The notes beneath the pieces are model-generated. The model worked only from the letters and a program-made list of their open reading frames with translations. It was not told the DNA's origin and did no database searches. Shown here one piece after another: positions 26,019-35,674 of a DNA stretch of 64,000 nucleotides. The position numbers were made by a program, and so were the translations under genes. Each line of letters opens with the position of its first letter. Positions within the stretch are counted from its first letter, which is position 1. The stretch comes from Octopus vulgaris (lineage: Eukaryota), in the NCBI GenBank assembly GCA_951406725.2, contig OX597817.1, forward strand, positions 53,754,001-53,818,000. Reading direction: 5' to 3'.

Positions 26019-29000
26019 TTAATTACTAGATTGATCAATAAATAAAATAACCTATTTCGCAGGAACTTGTCCCTACCACTTCAATGCTATGATATTGATA
26101 CACTTTTTTCCTCCACCAAATCGATTGTCAGTGATTGGCAAAGCAAGCGATGTATTTTGACAATTAAACCTTTTCTCTTTCACTCACTTTTCCTTCTTTA
26201 TCATTGAAAAAGCAAAAAGAAATAAGCTGAAGTTTTTGATTGCTAGTCACTAGACGGAGAAAGTAACAAGCAGACGACTCTTCCTTACGTTTGCAGCCGA
26301 CATTTTGTCTCCCTTTTCAATGTAGAAAAATGTGCAAATTACTATCGTGTTTCTTGTTTGCCTGGTCTCTTGTTCACTTGTGTGATTACCATTGTTTCCA
26401 CGATTCCATCTCTCTAATGGTTTCTGCAATTGTCAAATTAACTTGCTTTTACATTCTCTCTTCCTTCACCTATTTTCCATTCCCGCTCTCTTCCTCTTCT
26501 TCTCCCTCTTACTATTCTCTCTTGCCCGCACTCCTCTCTCTATTTCTCTTTCTCGCTTTGTCCACAAAATTATCTTTATTTATCTGCCTATCTCTCCTTT
26601 CTTCCGCCAGCCTCTCTAGTCATCTATTTATACATGTCTCCCTAACCCTATTTATCCAGTAACTGGCGACATTGCAGAATCATAACAGTGTCGGATAATA
26701 TACCACGCAATATTTAATCTGACTCTCTACGCTCTGAGATCAAATCCTGCTGAGGTCAACTTTGGCTTTCCTCAGCTCCAATGCACTCAATCGTCGTCTT
26801 CCACTTATTTTCACGATCTTTATGTAAATATGTTCCTTAGATATTTTTATGCGTTTCAGTTCCAAGGCTGTGACCATGCTGGGGCAACGCCAGTGTTATC
26901 ACCTTTTCAATGGCCATTTTTATGTGACTGACTTTTGGTGAAGGAGGGAGCTCGATATTGCTACCCCCTTTTGACTTTCTTGCCGTGATGTAGATTTACC
27001 TGGGACCTTGGACCACAGGAGGTTAAGTTGTTTCTTGTAAAAATCTACCCCTACTCCATGTAGACCTCTCAGCTGTTTTGATCAGATATTAAATAGCCGT
27101 GGGCTCTTGAATCCCGAGCTCTTGCAGTACATGGTCCTCGCTCTAGACAGGGTAACTGGGACCATTGGATCCATGTAGTGACGATCAGTTCGGGGTCTGG
27201 TATAGATTAGTTATTTGCTGGTATAGGTTACTCAAAGAAAAATGGGGAGGCGGCTATGATTGCCAAACGACACATTTAAACACGAACTGATGTTGGACAA
27301 CAGAATATCTTCGTATCATTACAGTTCATATATCAAAGAGTGTTATTGTCTGAGTTTCTATTTTATTCCTCAATCTAACTATTAGAAGAAATTGAATTTG
27401 CCTCACCAGTTTTTACTTGGGCGAATTCCTTCCACTCTATTGTTTTCTTTAAATCAGTGTGCTGAGAATATGTAACAGAAATTTTACCAATATTGGGGAT
27501 GTAGGAATTTACACGGATGAATGTCAACTGGAATTATACAGTTATAATCTTTAATTACGTGGCAAGGCAGATGTTCATATGCATATTATTTTTTTTAGTG
27601 TTTTCCATATTCGATATTGTGAGTAGCAAACTGAGGAATTGATAAGTTCTTGTTCCACCTGACAGTCTCTAAGCAGGTACCATAGAGAAGAACGGGTTCT
27701 TTCTGGAAATATGAAATTAAGGATTATTTCCTTGGCTAAAAATACTAAATTTAGATCTATTTTGTTGTTTTGAGACGATAAAAGTACTACCTACCCAGTC
27801 TCGCTTCTAACCCGAGCATACATTCTACAATGGTCTGAATAATACAATGAATGTTTAACAAAGATCTCGTTTGAGTTCACAGAAATTTATGTAGACTTGA
27901 GTCGTGATTCGTGTTAATCGATTGAAGAATATATGACAAATGCAGTCGAAAAGTATTTTTCAAAATAACATAACATGGTGAACGATGATTAATTTGGTGA
28001 GTTATACGTTTGAAATATGGTGACTTTTCGTCTGTCTTTACGTTCTGAGTTCAAATTCCACCAAGGTCGACTTTGCCTTTCATCCTTTCGAGGTCGATAA
28101 ATTAAGCACCAGTTACGTAGTGGGGTCGATCTTGTCCACAGGTCACCTCCCCAAAAATTTCGGGCTTTGTGCCTAGAGTAGAAATGAATATGGTGACTAC
28201 GGGATGTTGTTTGATGATTCGTGAGTTTTCACTTTTGTGATCATAACTCACAGACAATATTGATGCGGAAAACTGGTTCATCTTGATTTCAAAATCACAA
28301 TTAGTCCTTTCTGAATTGGAGAGACTCTATATATCTGGCCTTATTTCATATCGAAGCACAACGTTCATTTTTCATCTGGCTCAGGACTGACCTGTTTAAA
28401 CAACTGCATCACATTCACAGCCACCCCTCCCACTAGACAATTACCCCACCACCAAGCACAGCCATCACCACAACCAGCAACAATAGAATGAGCGACACTA
28501 ATGAGCTAAAGGAGATTTTTATGGTCATTTGACCTCCAAGAAATGTAGAATGCAATCTTTAATGTGTTATCATGTCTGAATGAAAGACATGAATAATATA
28601 GAAACTCAGACAATAACGTTCTTTGATATATGAACTGTAATGATACGAAGAAATTCTGTTGCCCTACATCAGTGAGTTCGTGTTTAAATATGTCGTTTGG
28701 CAATCCTAGCCGACTCCCCATTTTTCTTAGAGTAACTTTTACCAATAAATAAATAATCTATGCCAGTCCCCGAACTGATCGTCACTACATGGATCCAATG
28801 GTCCCAGCTACCCTGTCTAGAGCGAGGACCATGTACTGCAAGAGCTCGGGATTCAAGGCCCCACGGCTATTTAATATCTGATCAATATTTAATAACGTAT
28901 TTCTTTATTGCCCACAAGGGGCTAACATAGCGGGTACAAACAAGGACAGACAAAGGGATTAAGTCGATAAGATGCACAACTGGTACTTAATTTATCGACC

Positions 29001-32000
29001 CCGAAAGGATGAAAGGCAAAGTCGACCTCGGAGGAATTTGAACTTAGAACGTAAAGATAGACGAAATATCGCTAAGAATTTCGCCCGGCGTGCTGACGAT
29101 TCTGCCAGTTCGCCGTCTTTAATATCTGATCATATTAAACAACAATGGCAGCAGCAACAATAGCATCTCCAAAGATCCAACGATGGAGCCTTTACATGGT
29201 CACTGAATGTGCTAGAAATAGCGGTCAAGTTCCCCTTTGGTCTGAAAAAAAAAAAAAGAAAACTCGTGGAGAATGTAGACCCTTTAATAGTAATTGGAAA
29301 AGATGTGATGGACACGATTGGAATGTTTTGATTAAATGTTTCTGTTTCGTAATGACTGACTCGAGATTAAACAACAACAAAAACATCAAAAATACTTTAG
29401 TTTGTTATGTTCGATCCTATTCCTGCCTACACCGAATATAACTGCACTACGAATTCTTGTTACTAAATTTACTAAAATCCATGGTGACCATTTCGAACAG
29501 ATGTTTGAGTCTATTCAAAAGTATGGAAGCCTCACTGAAATATTTCTCAATATATTTACAGATCAAACAGTCGTCGAGAGAGGATAATGCGGCCTTTACG
29601 GTTATTTAAAACAAAGACATTCTACAAATTATGGTTTATTTTCGTACTTAATGGACAGGGGATTGCCTTTATGTTAACTCTTTGGAAGGTAAGTCTTGTG
29701 GCAAAATTTATTTTACTGAACAATGAAAAATACGATTCCTTTCTAATCAGATTGAAACGGTTTATAACACTCACTTGCATCGTGATATTACGAGTCGAAG
29801 GCGGAGTTTATATGTGGTAGCTTAGCCTGCTAGAAATAGCTGCGAAATTACTTGAAAAATGCATTCTTAAAAAAAGGAGACACTAGATGATATAAATATA
29901 TATACAAATGTATGTATGCTTGTATGTGTATATAACGATGTGTATGTGTGACTCCATCTAAGAATATCTGAAGAAGGAATTTTATTCTGAAATATTATCA
30001 GACTATGGATGACTAAATTACAAAAGGAATATATCCCATTGTTTATATTATAGTGCATTGTTGTACCATTCAAAACTTTTCATTCTTTATAATCAATAGA
30101 CAATGCTTCAAGCGAACTACAATACTCTCGTATGTATGTATGAATAAAACTCTGTTTTTCTTACAGGCTTACGGTCAAACGTTCATCAACGATGACTTCT
30201 TCCTGTCAACAGTCGGCGCATGCTCATCACTGTTCAACGCGTTTGGAAGAATCACGTGGGGTATTGTGGCAGACAAGTTTACCTTCAGAGTAAGTGTTTT
30301 GCCGGTATTTACTTATTTTATCCCTTTAGTTTTGTAGGGATCACAGTCGTTGTTGTTGTTGATGGTGGTGTTGGTGTTGTTTTTCTTTTAACCATTCAAC
30401 TTATTCCTCACATTACTCCCCGTATGGTTCCAAATTGTGACTTTCTGTTTAGAACTACGTCCCTTTGTTCCATAGTGACTTCTTTCTGCGTTCCTTAAAC
30501 ATGTCCTTGTCGCAAAACCTTTTGTAGAGGAACGTCGGGGACGTATTCACTGTTATCACTATAATAATGAGCGCCCCATCCCTCCCTCTAACAGGTCTGC
30601 ATCATCAATAAACAAGGTAAATCTTGTGTTAACCATTATTTTAGCGTTTTGCAACATTTTGTTAGTAGCAGGTTAGTGAAAATTTTATTCGACTAAGATC
30701 GGGTCTCAACTGAGTTTATTGCATGCATGTAGAGGTATTGAAAACATTCATGTTTATCTACACACACTTGTATACACTCACACATATACACACATATAAC
30801 TACATATATTCATAAAAGTAAACACATACATATATACTAAATATTTACGTAACCATAAAATACACAGAACATTAAAAATGAAAAGAAACAACTGTCGTAA
30901 CTCGACAGCTGTTTCAGGAAATTTGGATTTACGTAATAATGGTAATGATCATAATTTGCAGATTGAATGTGCAAAACGTTTTGGATATGCAACTAGTAAA
31001 TAGTTGTAGGGAGATTTTAAGATAAGCCTGGCTCCCTTCATCAAGAGAAAATTTACATAATTCAGCTGCTTTAAGCACAAAATTACAATTAAAGTCAACG
31101 TTCATGGATTTCCACATAACGTAGAGGTCAATAGTAAAATATGTTTCTCGTTACGAAAGTTCATGTTACAGCAAAATTTTCAGGAGTGCAAAGATTCCAT
31201 AATGTGGGGGACACCTCTATTTAAACGTTATTGATAGTAGTGACCTCTGGTGCTGTACACATTCTGTAACATCCCAGGAGTGTTCAAAGACAACAAGCTT
31301 TTACCTTGTAATGTTATCTTCTTGGTAACACAATTTGTCAGCAGCAGAAGCATCTCGATGGTGAAATAGTTTCGTCGCCTGTGAAGACTGACGCAGATTG
31401 GCTTTAAATGGTATTATCGTTTAATTATAAAGGCATAGAGGAGGTTAGTTGACTGCAATTATCGATGAGGTGGGGTGGCAGTGATAGAGCGATAGTGGTG
31501 GTGGTTGGGGGGGTTGGAGTGGTAGTGGTGGTGGTGGTTGGAGTGGTAGTGGTGGTGGTGGTTGGGGGCGATGGTGGTGGTGGTGGTGGTTTGGGTGGTG
31601 GTGGTGGTGGTGGTGTGGGTGGTGGTGGTGGTGGTGGTGGTGTGGGTGGTGGTGGCGGGGTTGGGGAGACACGCAGACAGTAATCTTTGGGATGGGGTGG
31701 ATATGAGGACTGGTGGTACAAGAAATAGATCCATCGTGGACAGCTGGGGAGACTAAGTAACGCTGTAAACAGCCAAGTTTAATGGGGCGGAGAAGGTCAC
31801 TGGGGACAATAGCGAAAGACACCACCAAGCTTTCAAAATATAATCCAGCAGAAAGACAGAAGTCGAGATAGTATTCGTATACTTACTTTAGTAAACGTAA
31901 AAAAAAACAGAAATAAAAATAGGCAGTAGTGAAGGAAAGACATTAGCTGCTCTGCAGACAACTCCGGGAACGTTTCAGTGTTATTAGACCTCATCAGTGA

Positions 32001-33274
32001 AGCAGTTTCACTGTACTTACTGAAGTAGCGACGAGTGTTTCATTAAAGAGATGTACAAACGTCAAAATTAGCATCATCAATTGAATAAATCACTTCGATT
32101 TATTATTCAGAGACGCTGTCTGTGTAGAAAACAATTTTAACTCAGTGGTCAGTGCTATGACTATCATCATCTAATTAAAGACACTCTCTGTTGACATCGA
32201 AATCATGTTCTTGAATCTTTACTGGTCAGCACATTTTGGGAAATACATACGCAAAGGAGGTATTCCAAAATACCGACGTCCTGGGAATGAAGGAATAACT
32301 GCCGTGATCACTATTGCAGGCCTAAAGGATTGGCTTGGACCCAAGGGTTTATGAAACGAAGAGAAAAGAGCGGGTCAGATTTGTTTAAGAGTGACATAAG
32401 CCATTACAATAGGCTATTATAGTAATGGCAGAACAGACAGACAGTAAAGAAAGCGCACCAAATGGACCAGAGGGTGGGTGTGTGTGTGTCTGTGAATGAT
32501 TTTACGTGATCAAACCGGTATATTTCACTGTTTACATGTCTATGTCCTTCTAGGTATCTATGATGAGCTTGTCCACCTTGTTCGCTGTCTTCACGCTCAC
32601 CCTCAACGTCACGGAGTTGTTGGGTAAACCTTTGTTCTTCATATGGATGTGTTTTATTAATTTCGGTTTCGCCGGAAACTATGCCCTGTTACCATTCGCC
32701 AGTTCGAGAGCTGTCGCCCACATATGTGTAGCTGCTCCAGGAGCAGTTTTCTCAGCCATGGTAAGTGATCACTACTCATACTACATCACATACGAAGAGC
32801 CTAGAACATCAGACATCACAAATAATAACTGACACCACCCCCTTCTGCTACTACATCCCATACTAGAATTCTGGAATTCCTGACAGAGGCCGGGAAATAA
32901 AACTTTATAGTTACAGAAGTAGTTGTTTAATAATACGAGTAGAAATTAATATTATTAAATAATATTATTAAATAATATCAATTCCAACAAGTAGTCAGCA
33001 TACTTAAAAATGTCCGAGGCGACGAGCTGGCAGAAACGTTAGCACGCCGGGCGAAATGCTTAGCAGTATTTCGTCTGTCTTTATGTTCTGAGTTCAAATT
33101 CCCCCGAGGTCGACTTTGCTTTCAACCTTTCGGGGTCGATAAATTAAGTAGCTGTTACGTACTGGGGCCGATCTAATTGACTAGGCCCTCCCCAAAACAC
33201 TTCGGGCCATGTGATTAGAGTAGAAAAGAATAAAATTTCCTTCTTTGCTGTAACAGCAGCAGCAGCAGCAGCAA

Positions 33275-33319
<45 letters not shown>

Positions 33320-33335
33320 CAGCAGCAGCAGTAGC

Positions 33336-33381
<46 letters not shown>

Positions 33382-33735
33382 ATGAAGTGCTAGGGTTGAT
33401 TCGCTCGACTAAATTACTTCAAGGGCAGTGCCCCAGTATGGCCGGAGTCTAATGACTGAAACAAGTACACGAAAAAACATACAAGACTATATATGTATAT
33501 CGGATATATCAAACACGCACATGCACACACTCGCACATGCGCACACACGTACACACACACACATACACACATTGTATTGCATTTAAATGGAAAACGTATT
33601 AATAACTGCGAAGCAATCATTAGCTCGACTGTAAGTGATCTTCATTTGAAGCTCATTAGCAAACAATAACGATCATACTCATTACTGGGGCGACATCAGT
33701 GTCAGATACATGTGTGTAACTCTGTGTGTGTGTGT

Positions 33736-33774
<39 letters not shown>

Positions 33775-33842
33775 GGTGTGTGTGTGTGTGCATATATATA
33801 TATATATAAATATATAAAAGAGACCGAAATGTCAGTACGCCG

Positions 33843-33912
<70 letters not shown>

Positions 33913-34394
33913 AAAAATGTCAATGTAGAAAATGATAAAATAATTTTATAAAAAACATTTCAGTACCGGTTTCAGTCATTGAGATTTTTTCAACTGTGAG
34001 TATAGAAAACAATTAAATTTTGGAAAAAATTAAAAGAAAAGCTTTTTAAAAGAATATTTGCATAGTGTTCAAATACAAGTGACATTCTCCTTGTTTCTGC
34101 CTGTTTCTGTCTCTCTTGTTTACTCTTGTAGGTTCAACGACTTCGAACAAGAGAGGTAGAAACAAGGAAAATGCCCCTTGTATTTGAACACTATGCAAAT
34201 ATTCCTTTAAAATCTTTTCTTTTAATTTTTCCAAAATTTAATTGTTTTCCATACTTACAGTTGAAAAAGTTTCAATGACTGAAACCGGTACTGAAATGTT
34301 TTTTATAAAATTATTTTAGCATTTTCTATTTTGACTTTTTTTTCCATATATATCAACTTGTGTGTTCCTTTTCAACCTTCTACACACACATATA

Positions 34395-34480
<86 letters not shown>

Positions 34481-35274
34481 TGCATGTATCAATTGTTAGA
34501 TATCTTCTTCTTATTCTTATTCTTCTCCTCATCCTCATCCAATCCTCCTTCACCATCCCTTTCATTTCTCACTTATTTTTCTCCTTTCCTCTTCCTCAGA
34601 CTGTTTCCAGTGCCATCGGAGCTGTTCTCACCGTAGAACTCAAAGAAACAATTGGTTGGGATGGAATGTTCTTTCTAACTGGAGGTCTCTCAATTATCGG
34701 TATGTACTCATGAACCCCTTCCCCCTTATCACTTACATGCATAAATAAATACATAAGCATATGTATGCATGTATGTATGTATGTATGTATGTATGTATGC
34801 ATGTATGTATGTATGTATGCATGTATGTATGTATGTATGTCTTGTTGAAACTGTTAATATTAGTTTCAAAATTTGACACAAAGCCAGTAATTTCGGAGGA
34901 AGGGTTTGTCGAATACATCAACTCCAATGTTCAACTGGTACTTGTTTTACTGACCCCGAAAGGGTGAAAGATAAAGCCGACCTCTGTAAAAATTGAACTC
35001 AGAACGTTAAGACCAATGAAATGCCAGTAAGCGTTTTTGCCTGGCGAGCAAACGATCCTTCCAGGTTCCTGCTTACTAAAGCTACTAATATCCTTTTCTA
35101 CTCTAGGCACAAGGCCCGAAATTTTGGGGGAGGGGGCCACGTTTCTCCAGTCCACTCAGCTGGCAAAAATGAGTTACCCTGCGACGGACAAGGGTCCCGT
35201 ACAGGTGGGGAATATATACGCCACTGAAACCAGAAAACCGGCCCTTATGAGCCTGGCATGGCTCGAGAAGGAAC

Positions 35275-35331
<57 letters not shown>

Positions 35332-35599
35332 GTATACCCGCACGCATACACCTGGATACACATATACACACATATAACATATTAAAAAAAAATTGTCACT
35401 CCGTCGGTTACTACGAGGGTTTCAGATGATCCAATCAACGGAACAGCATGTGGCTGAGCACTCCACAGACACGTGTATACTTAACATAGTTCTCAGGGAG
35501 ATTCAGTGTGGCCCAGAATGTGACAAGGCTGGCCCCTTTTTGAAATACAGGTACAACTTATTTTTGCACATATATATTATGTATGTGTGCATGTGTGTG

Positions 35600-35674
<75 letters not shown>

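Noticed and set aside
28870-28884. tttaatatctgat resembling U2 snRNA
   Set aside because: Only ~13 nt match; flanks are unrelated to U2.
31425-31828. Pro/His-rich ORFs
   Set aside because: Products of the (GGT)n tract.
31968-32000. CUGAUGA-GGU..ACU-GAAA-CG-UU on the minus strand
   Set aside because: Core is present but no stem I pairing; not reported as a feature.
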